From Malacoraja senta (lineage: Eukaryota): 64,000 bases of DNA. Made by a program: the position numbers and the translations under genes. Where the stretch lies: NCBI GenBank assembly GCA_038087875.1, contig CM075996.1, positions 8,186,001 through 8,250,000 on the forward strand, given 5' to 3'. Of this stretch, positions 13,824 through 26,600 are shown piece after piece. The notes under the pieces were generated by a model that saw nothing but the letters and a program-made list of their open reading frames with translations, had not been told where the DNA came from and did not search any database. Position 1 is the stretch's first letter; every line of letters begins with the position of its first letter.

Positions 13824-14879
13824 CTGGACAATAAAAAACACAAACATTGGCCTACTGTAAGAAAAAGTGCAGCGTACACACTGACTGTTCATTGAGTTAA
13901 GTTTAGTTTATTGTCACGTGTACCGAGGTACAGTGAAAAGCTTTTGTGCGTGCTAACCAGTCAGCGGAAAGACAATAGTTTAGTTTTGTTTAGAGATACA
14001 GCTCAGAAACAGACCCTTTGGCCCACCGGGTCCGCGCCGACCAGCGATCCCTGCACATTAACACTATCCTACACCCACTAGGGACAATTCTTACATTTAC
14101 CAAGCCAATTAACCTACAAACCTGTATGTCTTTGGAATGTGGGAGGAAACCGAAGATCTCGGAGAAAACCCACTCAGGGAGAACGTACAAACTCTGTACA
14201 GACAGCACCCGTAATCGGGATCGAACCCGAGTCTCCGGCGCTGCATTCGCTACAAGGCAGTAGCTCTACCGCTGCGCCACCGTGACTGCCTTGTCTAATA
14301 ATCGAGCCATCCACAGTGTACATGTACATGAAAAAGCAAATAACATGAATAAAGTTTAGTGCAAGATAAAGCCAGAAAGTCCGATCAAGGATAGTCGGAG
14401 GGTCTCCAAGGAGGACTACTCTCTACTACAGAGCTAGATAGTGCTCTTAAAGATAGCGGAGTCAGGGGATATGGGGAGAAGGCAGGAACGGGGTTCTGAT
14501 TGGGGATGATCAGCCATGATCACATTGAATGGCGGTGCTGGCTCGAAGGGCCGAATGGCCTACTCCTGCACCTATTATCTATTGTCTATTGTTGGTAGGA
14601 TGGTTCAGTTAGCCTGATAACATAATCCACATTTATTGCCATCCCCGAATGCAAAAAGGTGATAGCAGCCCACTTTCCAGAACCATTGTGACCCATAGTG
14701 GAAGGATTCCTCTCATCGCTACATTGTGGGGAGGGGTTTACCCCCATAGATGTTGAGGGAACGACAATATATATCAAATTCAGGATGCAAGTGACTGGCT
14801 TTTGAGGTTCTAAATTGTTTAGTTTAGTTTAGAGTTACAGCGCGGAAACAGGCCCTTCAGCCCACCAAGTCCATGCCGA

Positions 14880-15235
14880 CCTCAGGTCGGCTGACTTGGG
14901 GCTCCTGGCTGTCCCGCGATCTAAACTTAAGCTCAGGGGTGACCGTGTCTTTGCTGTTGCGGCCCCTAGTCTGTGGAACAGCATTCCCCTCCCTATCAGA
15001 TCTGTCCCCTCCATCGACTCTTTTAAGTCCAGGCTCAAAACGTATTTTTATTCACTAGTGTTTGAATCCCTCCTGATGTGGCTGATCTTTGTTTTGTGTC
15101 TTTGAGCTGACTATTTGTACCTGTGTGCTGTGTGCATTCCTGTGTATTCTGTTTCTTTTTGTGATTTTAGCTAGCTGCTATGGTCTGTACAGCACTTTGG
15201 TCAATGTGGTTTTTTTTTAAGTGTGCTTTAATATA
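14880..15235 (+). mobile_element. L2-type LINE 3' end (second copy ~39014-39295)
   Basis: LLAVPRSKLKLRGDRVFAVAAPSLWNSIP...FKSRLKTYF. Confidence 0.8.
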
Positions 15236-16172
15236 TTAAAACATAAATTAAAAAAATAAAAAAAATAAAAAATCAGTTCTATCCCACACACTAGAGATTC
15301 CAGTCCAAGGACTTCCTTGAATTGAATGTGTACTTTATTGTTTCATGTTACAAGTCACAGTGAAATTCTTCACTTGCATACCGTGCCAATGTATATAAGT
15401 CTCCAGAAAGCGTCTGCCGATGCGCCACCTCCGGAGAGCCTTTCCCAGAGAGTGCTGGATACTCATTCGCCAGGTATATTTAAGGGCAAGATTGATAGAC
15501 CACGATGGTGAATGAAATCAAAGGAGACTGGGAGTGGCAGCAAAGTGATGCTACGTCGGCCAATGCAGAGGAAAACATGATGGGCTATGTAGCATCCACC
15601 GCCATTTATTCTTCTATCTCAACCTCAGGAGGGCTACCCATTATAACGGCAGACAGGCAATTCTTGATCTCGTCACCTCTTGGTTTCTCATGACTGATGT
15701 GGGACCTCAGTCATTGGGAGTCGAACTGCACCACCACAAACTCATTCCATTCCAGATCAGAAGGTAAAGCAAGAGGGAGTCATCCCAGCTAGCTTGAGTT
15801 GAGCTCATCGTATTCAATCCCAATCCCAACATCTCCAAGATGGGCTTCACAAGAGCGGCACAGTGGTAGAGTTGCTGCCTCACAGCACTTAAGACCTGGG
15901 TTCGATCCTGACTATGGGCTCTGTTTGTATGGGATTTGTACTCTGTTCTCCCTGTGATCGAGTGAGTTTTCTCCAGGTGCTTTGAATCCTCCCACATTCC
16001 AAAGACATGCAGGTTTGTAGGTGAATAGGCTTCGGCAAGTTGTAAAATTGTCCCTAGTGTGTAGGATAGTGAGTACTAGTGTATGGGGTGATCACTGGTT
16101 GGGGCAACGCGAAGGGCATGTTTCCGCGCTGTATCTCTGAAGTCTAAATATCAGCTAAATATCAACACTTAC

Positions 16173-16262
16173 CTCGTCAACCACCACAATACGCAGTCCG
16201 CTCAGGCTGACGGCTTCTTGCTTTAGAATATCCAGCAGTCGCCCAGGGGTGGCAATTATCAC
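16173..16262 (-). CDS. DDX59: DDX59 internal exon (TPGR motif, start of motif II); most 5' exon visible
   Basis: 90 bp, cag|GTG...GAG|gtaagt; [30 protein letters not shown]. Confidence 0.93.
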
Positions 16263-16302
16263 CTGCACAAGAGATCCACACGTTACGTATCAGCGTCCTG
16301 CA

Positions 16303-16502
16303 NNNNNNNNNNNNNNNNNNNNNNNNNNNNNNNNNNNNNNNNNNNNNNNNNNNNNNNNNNNNNNNNNNNNNNNNNNNNNNNNNNNNNNNNNNNNNNNNNN
16401 NNNNNNNNNNNNNNNNNNNNNNNNNNNNNNNNNNNNNNNNNNNNNNNNNNNNNNNNNNNNNNNNNNNNNNNNNNNNNNNNNNNNNNNNNNNNNNNNNNNN
16501 NN
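16303..16502. other. Assembly gap (200 N)
   Basis: Run of N; truncates HAP40 exon 11, and the DDX59 5' exons are absent from the window. Confidence 1.
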
Positions 16503-16548
16503 CCTGGAGAACCTTCAGCGACTCCAGGTCCTTCTCCTGGCACGCCAT
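16503..16548 (-). CDS. F8A1: HAP40/F8A exon 11 (partial, cut by gap)
   Basis: Acceptor ccacag|ATG; MACQEKDLESLKVLQ resembles human MATHEKDTEAIKSLQ. Confidence 0.9.
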
Positions 16549-16764
16549 CTGTGGAGCAAGGACAGCAGATTAGACACAAAGCTGCAGACTAACACTGACA
16601 CACAGGCATCTCCATACATACACGACTCCTTTAGTGTTGTGTTTGACGAGTTTGACTTGATAGTATTCATGTACAGTACTATCTCATCTGACTGGGCAGC
16701 ATGCAAATCACTTTTCACTGTGCCTCACTGCACATGACAATAATAAACCTAAACCTGATCCAAA

Positions 16765-17205
16765 TTCCACACACGTACACACATGCATGCACGTACACAC
16801 ACACGCACACACACAAGATACACAGACACAGACAAGACACACAGACAAGACCCATAGACACACAGACAAGATACATAGACACACACGGACACCACACAAC
16901 ATAAATGAACCCCCTGGACACGCACACACCTTTGTTGCACCTTTCCACACACTCATGCAGTCAAAACACTACACACACACACACACACAAACTAAACAAA
17001 CCCCAATGTGTGTGCATATAGATACGACCTTGCAGGCGTGAGCGCTCACACAAACACACTCACACAAATGTACTCACAAACGCACGCTCACACACACTCA
17101 CTCATGCTCACACACAAACTTGCACACTCACTCACACAAGCACACTCACATAAACACACACTCATCAAGTGACCACATGCCACCTCAGGTACGCACAAGC
17201 ACACA
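16765..17205. repeat. CA-rich low-complexity tract
   Basis: Degenerate (CA)n. Confidence 0.9.
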
Positions 17206-17410
17206 CTTAACCCCACCCATCTCCATCCTTCACCAGCACAGCCACCAGTATCGCCCCCCACCCCCCTCCCCCCCCACCCTCGCCCCCCCACATCCGTCCG
17301 TGGCTATGGTGCGGAGCCACCACACCTCTGCCACAGTTGCCGGCCGGCACGGCTTACTCCTCCATGGCCGGGGCTCGGTAGACCGAGCGGGGGGAGAGGG
17401 CCACACTCAC

Positions 17411-17457
17411 CACGACAGACTGCAGCAGCAGGAACACGCTCTCCGGCAGGTTATTCA
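17411..17457 (-). CDS. F8A1: HAP40/F8A exon 10
   Basis: 47 bp, phase 1/0; (V)NNLPESVFLLLQSVV|gtgagt. Confidence 0.9.
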
Positions 17458-18053
17458 CTGCAAGCAAAGAGCAGGTCGATCAGGAACAAATCAGGCAACA
17501 CGGTGACACAGCGTTCGAGTTGCTGCCTCACAGCGCCAGAGACACAGCGCTGTCTGTACGGAGTTTGTATGATCTGCCTGTGACCGTGTGGGTTTTCTCC
17601 AGGATCACCGGTTTCCTTCCGCACTCCATAGGCGTACAGGCTCGTAGGTTAATTGGCTTGGTATAATTGTAAATTGTCCCTAGTGTGTGTAGGATAGCGT
17701 TAATGTGCGGGCTTCGCTGGTAGGTGTGGACTCGGTGGGCTGAAGGGCCTGTTTCCGCGCTGGATCTCTAACCTAAACTAAACTAAAAGAAATCCATTAG
17801 AATTTAGAAGATATGACAGGAGGCGTTATTGAGGTTATTATGGAATTGCTCTGATAGATGCATGCGATGGAGAGATTCATGGAATCACAGATAGACACAA
17901 CATGCTGGGGTAACTCAGAGGGTCAGGCAGCATCTCTGGAGCAAAGGAATACGTGATGTTTCGGGCCAAGACCAAGCATGGATTGGATGAAAGGGCTTGA
18001 TCCTAGTGTGGGGAGGGAAAGGGACGGGATGGGAGCGGAGGAGAAGCACCTAC

Positions 18054-18135
18054 CTTGGCTGTGACTGTCGAACGATTCCCAGTCGTACTTCTCCAGAGTC
18101 TGGGCATGCTCAGGCAGCAGTTTCTGGGGTGGGGG
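18054..18135 (-). CDS. F8A1: HAP40/F8A exon 9
   Basis: 82 bp; [27 protein letters not shown], nearly identical to human [25 protein letters not shown]. Confidence 0.95.
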
Positions 18136-19330
18136 CTGAAGAGGCAGAGACACGGAGTAAGTAGCACAACCAACTGAGGGAGTGCAGCGTAGGTTTACAA
18201 GGTTAATTCCCGGGATGGCGGGACAGTCATATGCTGAGAGAACGGAGCGGCTGGGCTTGTGCACTCCGGAGTTTAGAAGGATGAGAGGGTATCTCATTGA
18301 AACATATAAGATTGTATAGGGCTTGGACACACTAGAGGCAGGAAACATGTTCCCGATGTTGGGGGAGTCCAGAACCAGGGGCCACAGTTTAAGAATAAGG
18401 AGTAAGCCATTTAGAACGGAGACATGGAAACACTTTTTCACACAGAGAGTGGTGAGTCTGTGGAATTCTCTGCCTCAGAGGGCGGTGGAGGCAGGTTCTC
18501 TGGATGCTTTCAAGAGAGATCTAGATAGGGCTCTTAAAAAATAGCGGGGTCAGGGGATATGGGGAGAAGGCAGGAACGGGGTGCTGATTGGGGATGATCA
18601 GCCATGATCACATTGAATGGAGGTGCTGGCTCGAAGGGCCAAATGGCCTCCTCCTGCACCTATTGTCTATTGCCAACGACGTCGGGGAGGGTCCAGAGGA
18701 GGTTTACGAGAATGAACCCAGGAACGATTCAGGTAATGCATGATGAGCGTGTGTCGGCACTGGGCCTGTACTCGCTGGAGTTTAGAAGGATAAGGGGTGA
18801 CAATAGACAATAGACAATAGACAATAGGTGCAGGAGTAGGCCATTCGGCCCTTTGAGCCAGCTTGCCACTCAATGGGATCATGACCTCATTGAAACTTAC
18901 CGAATAAGGAAAGACTTGTATAGAGTGGATGTGGAGAGGATGTTTCTACTAGTGGGAGTGTCCGGAACCAGAGGCCACAGCCTCCGAATAAAAGGATGCA
19001 CTTTTAGAAGGAGATGAGGAGGAATTTCATTAGTCAGAGGGTGGTGAATCTGGACTTCTTTACCATAGGCGGCTGTGGAGGCCAAGTCAATGGATATTTT
19101 AAGGCACAGATTGACAGATTTTTGGTTAGTAAGGTTATCAGGGGTTATGGGGAGAAGGCAGGAGAATGGGGTTGAGAGGGAAAGATAGATCAGGCATAAT
19201 TGAATGGTGGCGTAGACCTGAGGGGCTCTATGACTATGACACCCAAACTAGTGAATGGATGATCGCTGGTCGGCATTGGACTGGGTGTGTTTCCGTGCGG
19301 TATCGTGGCGGGCAGTGGGCGAGCCCTTAC

Positions 19331-19395
19331 CTGGAGCAGCATCAGCAGCAAGACCCGGCACACCTCACACCTGGCGATGACATCCACAAACGCAC
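19331..19395 (-). CDS. F8A1: HAP40/F8A exon 8
   Basis: 65 bp; (G)AFVDVIARCEVCRVLLLMLLQ|gtaagg. Confidence 0.95.
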
Positions 19396-21923
19396 CTGCA
19401 AACGTCAACACAGGGAACACTTTAGTGCTCGCTGTAGGTTTCGTTTTAGAGTTACAGCGTGGAAACAGGCCCTTCGTCCCACCGAGTCTGCACCGACCAC
19501 CAATCACCCTCTACAATAGTTCCATCCTAGACACTGGGGACAATTTACTGAAGCCAATTAACCTTTGAAACTCTTTAATTCTCCTTCCCATTCCCACACA
19601 GACCTTTCTGCCCTCGGTCTCCTCCATTGTCAGAGTGAGGATGAACACAAATTGGAGGACCAGCATCTCATGTTTCGCTTGGGCAGCTTACAGCCCAGTG
19701 GTATGAATATTGATTTCTCTCACTTCAGGTAGCCCTGGCATTCCCTCTCTCTCCATCCCTCCCCCACCCAAGTCGCACCAGCTTCTCATTCTCACCCAAC
19801 AAACAGTTTACAATGGTAGACAAAATTGTTGGAGAAACTCAGCGGGTACGGCAGCATCGATGGAGTGAAGGAAATAGGAAACGTTGCCTATTTCCTTTGC
19901 TCCATAGATGCTGCTGCACCCGCTGAGTTTCTCCAGCAATTTTGTCTACCTTCGATTTTCCAGCATCTGCAGCTCCTTCTTAAACAGTTTACAATGGCCT
20001 GTTTCCTTTATCATCGCTACTTTTTTGCATATCTCTCATTTGTTATTCTTTATCTCTCTACATCACCGTCTATATTCCTTTTCCCTAAACAATCTGAAGA
20101 AGGGTCTCGACCCGAAATGTCACCCATTCCTTCTCTCCAAAGATGCTGCCTGTCCCGCTGAGTTACACCAGCTTTTTGTGTCATATCTTCGGTTTAAACC
20201 AGCATCTGCAGTTCCTTCCGACACAACCTACAAATAAATGTGGGAGGAAACCGGGGCACCCGGAGAAAACCCACGCGGTCACAGGGAGAACGTGCAAACT
20301 CCATACAGACGCCACCCATAGTCAGGATCGAACCCGGGACTCTGGCGCTGTGAGGCAGCGAGTCTACCGCTGTGCCACCGTGCCGCTCTTCACCAAGTGA
20401 GACAGAAACTCACCATCACCATGGTGAAGTGGTCGAATAATTAAGCTGGTCTTCATGAGAGAAGATGACACTGCTCTTCCTCATTAAGGAGCTGGATCAC
20501 CCTCCCCCTCACCTGTATCCACCTATCACTCGCCAGGCTTTGAGCCACCCCCACCCAGCATTCCCTCCCCCCACTATTGCAATCAGTCTGAAGAAGGATC
20601 CTGACGTGAATCGTCACCTGCCCATGTACACCACAGATGCTGCCTGACCCGCTGAGTTACTCCAGCACTTTGTGTCTTTTCCTGTGCACCAAAAAGGCAG
20701 CGGTAGAGTTGCTGACTCACAGCGGCAGAGACCCGGGTTCGAGCTACGGACTACGGGTGCTGTATGGAGTCTGCACGTTCTCCACGTTTTGCAGATTTGC
20801 AGGTTAATTTAGCTTCTCCAAATTGTCCCTCGTGTAGGATAGAAATAGTGTATGGTCGATGCAGACTCGATGGGCCGAAGGGTATACTTCCACGCTGTTT
20901 CTCTAAAAAATCCCACGCATGTTCAAACCGAATTTCTGCCAAAATGAATTCACATCCACTTACAACGGCAGCTACCTATGTAAACATGTCACGTCGCAGT
21001 TACAGTCTCCCACCAGTGGGGGCGGCACAGTAACATGGCTGATTAAGGCCCTCACTATCGGGTAATGTTTCTACAGCCAGCTTCCACCGCAACATATCCC
21101 AGAAGAGACGTATAATTATGCAGAAAGACACAAAGTGCTGGTGTAACTCAGCGGGTCAGACAGCATCTAGGCAGCACGGTGGCGCAGCTGGTAGAGCTGC
21201 TGCCTCACTGCGCCAGAGACCCGGGTTCGATCCTGACCTCGGGTGGAGTTAGCATGTTCTACCTGTGACCGTTTTAGATTTCCTCCGGGTGCTCCGGTTT
21301 CCTCCCACATCCCAAAGGCATGCGGGTTTATAGGTTAACTGACCCTTCTGTGAATTGCCCCTAGTGTGGAGGGAGTGGATGCAAAAATGGGATAACACGG
21401 AACTGGTGTGAACTAATGGGTGATGGATGGTTGGCGTGGACTCGGTGGGCCGAAGGGCCTGTTTCCAAACTGTATATTTCAAGCACTTCACACAAAGTTT
21501 TATTGAATCATTGAATTGAATTGTTGAATTGAATCACCAGGAGACATAGGGCGGCACGGTGGCACAGCGGTAGAGTTGCTGCCTCACAGCGCCAGAGACC
21601 CGGGTCCGATCCTGACTACGGGTGCTGCTTGTGCGGAGTTTGTACGTTCTTCCCCCATGACCAGTGTGGGTTTTCTCCGGGATCTTTGGTTTCCTCCCAC
21701 ACTCCATAAGACGTAAAGGTTTGCAGGTTAATTGGCTCGGTATAAATGTGAAATTGTCCATAGTGTGTGTCGGGTAGTGTGCGGGGATCGCATGGAGTCG
21801 GTGGGCCGAAGGGCCCGTCTGCGCGCTGAACCAAGCTAAACACAGAGAGGTGACGTTTCGGGTTGGGACCCTTCTTCACTACGCCGATGAAGACTAACTA
21901 CGTTATCAGGGGACTGAATTAGT

Positions 21924-24135
21924 TGGTTTTTTTAATAAATATTTTTATTTTATTAGAAGTAAGTACAATTGTATACAATCATATTTTCATAATACCTTTT
22001 ATGTACAGCTTCTTATTTAAAAAAAAAAATTTGAAATAAAGAAGAAAAAGAAAAAAGTTAGGTAATGAAAAATAGAAAAATGTGAGATATATAGTGTGTG
22101 AAAAAGAAAAATAAAGAATGAAAAAAGAAAGTTGAGACATAGAAAATAGAAGAAAGAGAATAAAAGAAGAGAAGAGAAGAAAAGAAAATAGAAGGAGATC
22201 ATTTATAATCTTGACCATCCGCAGTCACGGATTAGCTTTTACACCTGTTTTGCACCATGTTTCCAAAAAGACGACAAATGGAGACCAACTCGTTATGAAT
22301 TGGTCAAATTTATCTATTAGGAGGAATCGCATTTCCTCAAGATGTGCGGTATCCAACATACTTGCAATCCACATTTTGAGCGTTGGTATTGGTGTATTTT
22401 TCCAAAATTTCAATATTAATTTTTTTGCTATTATTAAACCATAATTAAAAATTGACTTTTCAGATGAGCTCAATTTGTTCCCGTCTTCCATTACCCCAAA
22501 TATAATCAATTCATTATTGGGTTCCATTTTTGTCTTAAATAATTTTGTAAATATTTCGAAAATATCACTCCAAAATCTATGAAGTTTTATACAAGAAACA
22601 AAAGAGTGTGTTATAGTTGCGTCCTGGGTTAAACATTTATCGCAAATGGGCGATATATTTGGATAAAATTTATTTAATCTTGTTTTTGAGTAATATAATC
22701 TATGTAAAATTTTAAATTGGATTAGGTTATGTCTTGCGTTAATCGAACACTTGTGAATGTATGTCAAATACTTTTCCCATGTAGCCTTCGTAATTTTTAT
22801 CAATAATTCCCGTTCCCACTCTTCTCTAATTACCTCGGTCACAGGTAAATCTATATTTAAGATACTATTATATAAATATGATATTAATTTTTGTGTATCA
22901 GCTATTATATTCATTACTTCTTCTAGTAAATCAGGAGTTATTTTTTGATATCCCTGTATGTATGTCTTCAAAAAATTACAAATCTGAAAATATTTAAAAT
23001 AATGAGTGTTTTTCAGTTTAAATTTTAATTGTAATTGTTGAAATGATAATAAATCTCCCATTTCATACATATCCCCGATCCTTTTAATTCCTAAACTTTC
23101 CCATTGATTATATATTTTATCCATCATAGATGGTTTAAATAAAGGATTATTCGCTATCGGTGTTAACAATGATAGGTTTCTTAATTTTAAGGATAATTTT
23201 ATTTGTTTCCATATTCTTATTGTATCTTGTATAATTGGGTTTTTCTTATATATTGTATTGTTCATTTTTTTCGGGGAGAAGAGGATTGTTCCTATATTAC
23301 AAGGATAACAATCCTCTTTCTCCATTTTTATCCATTCTGTCTGTTGAGTTGAACTATCCAACCAGTAAATTATATTCTTAATATGTATTGCCCAATAGTA
23401 ATACAAAAAATTAGGGAGTGAAAGTCCCCCGACATCTTTTGGTTTACATAAGTGTTCTTTTTTAATTCTATGTGATTTGTAATCCCAAACAAAATTAGTA
23501 ATATTAGCGTTCAGTTTAGAAAAAAAATATTTTGGTACATATACTGGTATAGATTGAAATAGGTATAATAACTGTGGTAGGAAGCTCATTTTAATAGCAT
23601 TTATTCTGCCTATTAATGATAAAGGGACTGTTTTCCAAAATTTTATCATTATATTAAGTTTATTTATTAAGGGTATAAAATTGGCATTGAATAAAGCTTT
23701 ATGTTTTCTAGTAATCTGAATACCCAAATATTTGAATTTTTCTGTTGCTATTTTAAAGGGGAATTTCAATAAGTGTGTGGATTCTTGAGGTTTTAACATC
23801 ATAATTTCACTTTTGTTCCAGTTTATTCTATATCCAGAAAAGGACCCAAATTCCTCTATTAAATTTAATAAATTTGGTATGCTCGTTTGTGAATTTGTTA
23901 TATATAACAAAATATCGTCTGCATACAATGAAATTTTATTATTTGAGTCCCTAGTATTATAACCCTGAATATTCGGATGGCTTCTTATACTTTCAGCCAG
24001 AGGTTCTATCATAAGGGCAAATAGCAGGGGTGATAAAGCACATCCCTGCCTATTACCCCTTGATAATTGAAATTTTTGAGATAACATGCTGTTAGTTAAT
24101 ATTCTTGCCATCGGTTTATCATATAATAATTTCAC
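21924..24135 (-). mobile_element. L1-clade LINE, 5'-truncated; near-identical to the 3324-7429 copy
   Basis: RT C-terminal ORF 22225-24135; same 3'UTR; TSD gggactgaattagt at 21910-21923 and 24177-24190. Confidence 0.95.
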
Positions 24136-24261
24136 TGAAATTATTATATGATAAACCGATGGTTCACTAATTCAGTGGGACTGAATTAGTGAACCTCCAG
24201 GTAGTACCCACACGTACCACGCACCTTTCACCCTTGCCCACTGCCCGCTCCCCACACTCAC

Positions 24262-24354
24262 CAACGGGGGCATTGGTTCCCGGCAGCTGCAGTCCCTTCT
24301 CCTGAGCCATCAGCTGCATTTCGGTGAAGACGGCCAGCGCTCCGTCGTAATCGC
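24262..24354 (-). CDS. F8A1: HAP40/F8A exon 7
   Basis: 93 bp; (C)DYDGALAVFTEMQLMAQEKGLQLPGTNAPV|gtgagt. Confidence 0.95.
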
Positions 24355-25922
24355 CTGCAAGACACGTAGCGTAGAGCGACTGAGCCGATGCGTGGGAGCG
24401 GAGAGGCCGGGGGGCTAGGAGCAGCACTGTGGTCCCAGCGGCCTGGAGGAAGGGCCTTGGCCTATAGAGGGAACCTCCGAGCCAGCCCCTGCTCATCCCC
24501 AGAGGACCAGAGACCCGGTGGGTCAGCGGTAGTGTTGCTGCCTCACAGCGCCAGAGACCCCGGTTCAATCCTGACTACTGCCGCTGTCCGTACGGAGCTT
24601 GTACATTCTCCCCATGACCGCGTGGGCTTTCTCTGGGTGCTCTGGTTTTCTCCCACACTCCAAAAATGCACAGGTTTGTTTGTTAATTTGCTTGGTATAA
24701 ATGAAAAAATTGTTCCTGGTGTGTAGGATAGTGCTCGTGGACGGGTGATCGCTGGTCGGTGCGGGCTCGGTGGGTGAAGGGGCCTGTTTCAGCGCTGTAT
24801 CTCTAAACTAAACAAAACCAGAGGGGGTGGGGGGGACGGAGGAATCTGACGAAGGCAGACACGAGGAGCAAGGGCCGGTGAGAGAGGGAACCGGGGTCTT
24901 CCATTCCGCGCGCTCAAGTTCAGTCTGTGGGAACAAAAGACTAAGGGTGGCCGGCTGGGCGAGGGGATGGATGATGGGTCTCTGGACGCTCTGGGCAGCT
25001 GGAGGCCCTGCAGCAGCCTGGGACTCGCCTGGATCGGGCCCCGCTATAGAGGGCCCCGAGCGAGCGGACCACCAGACTGGACTTTGAAAAAGGCGCCCAA
25101 ACCTGGCGACTCTCGCATGCCGTCTCAGTCAACTATTTCTAAGCTCTTTGTACTGTTTAGTTTAGTTCAGAGACACAGAAGGGAAACAGGCTCTTCGGGG
25201 CCGCAACAACCAGCGATCCCCGCACATTAACGCCACTCTACACACACTGGGGACAATTTTACATTTATCCATTTACACCAAGCCAATCCACCTACAACTC
25301 TGTGCATCACTGGAGTGTCGGAGGAAAGCGAAGATCTTGGAGGAAAACCAGGAAGAAACTACAAACTCCAGACAGACAGCACCCGTAGTCAGGATGGAAG
25401 CTGGGCCTCTGGTGATGTGAGGCAGCAGCTCTACCGCTGCGTCACCGCGCCGCCCATGTTCGGGGATACTGCCTCGGTGTGGCAATACGTTCTTGTATGT
25501 CTGTACATGTGATAATAAATCGCCATTGAACCGCTGGAGATGTGGACGGACAGAGAGACCAGGGTCTAGGAACAGCTCCAGGTGGCACGGTGGTAGTGTT
25601 GCTGCCTTACAGAGCTTACAGTGCCAGAGTCCCGGGTTCAATCCTGGCTACGGGTGCTGTCTGTACGGAGTTTGCACGTTCTACCCGTGACCTGCGTGGG
25701 TTTTCTCCGGTTTCCTCCCATACTCCAAGGAGGTACAGGTTTGTAGCTTAATTGGCTTGGCATAAAAATGTAAAAATCATCCCTGGTGTTGGATAGTGCT
25801 AGCGTGCGGGAATTGCCGGTCAATGCGGACTCGGTGGGCCTCTCTCCACGCTGCAGCACTAAACTAAGCTCCATGCAGGGGGAGCGGGGCAGAGCGGGGG
25901 GGGGAGGACGGGCAGTACTCAC

Positions 25923-26043
25923 ACATTATGATCTTACAGGAAGCCACCTTGCCAAGGGACAGCAGGCATTCAATGGGCACCTGAGACTGAAGCTCGGCCG
26001 CTCTGTGATAGTACACGCACGCCTCTCCTGGTTTATTCATCTC
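25923..26043 (-). CDS. F8A1: HAP40/F8A exon 6
   Basis: 121 bp; EMNKPGEACVYYHRAAELQSQVPIECLLSLGKVASCKIIM; phases fit both neighbours. Confidence 0.93.
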
Positions 26044-26150
26044 CTTCAGAGGGAGAGAGGGAGAATCATAAACCCAGCAACAAACAACAATGCCCCATCA
26101 CTGAGCAACAGGCAGGGAGGGGGGTGCAAGCAGTGTCAGCAACAGGTGCA

Positions 26151-26600
26151 CTGACACCACCATTACTCACACTCTGACACCATCACTCACACTCTTGACA
26201 CCATTACTCACACTCTGACACTATTGCTCACACTCTGACACCATTGCTCACACTCTGATACCACCATTACTCACTCTGACACCATTACTCACACTCTGAC
26301 ACTATTGCTCACACTCTGACACCATTGCTCACTCTGACACCACCATTACTCACTCTGACACCATTACTCACACACTATTGCTCACACTCTGACACTATTG
26401 CTCACTCTGACACCATTGCTCACACTCTGACACCATTGGTCACACTCTGACACCATTGCTCACACTCTGACACCACCATTACTCACTCTGACACCATTAC
26501 TCACACACTATTGCTCACACTCTGACACTATTGCTCACTCTGACACCATTGGTCACACTCTGACACCATTGGTCACACTCTGACACTATCATTGCTCACA
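26151..26600. repeat. ~20-bp minisatellite (CTGACACCATTRCTCACACT)n
   Basis: Directly visible tandem array in HAP40 intron 5. Confidence 0.95.

Noticed and set aside
16177..16548. ORFs spanning the N run / real HAP40-DDX59 fusion
   Set aside because: Artefact of translating through an assembly gap.
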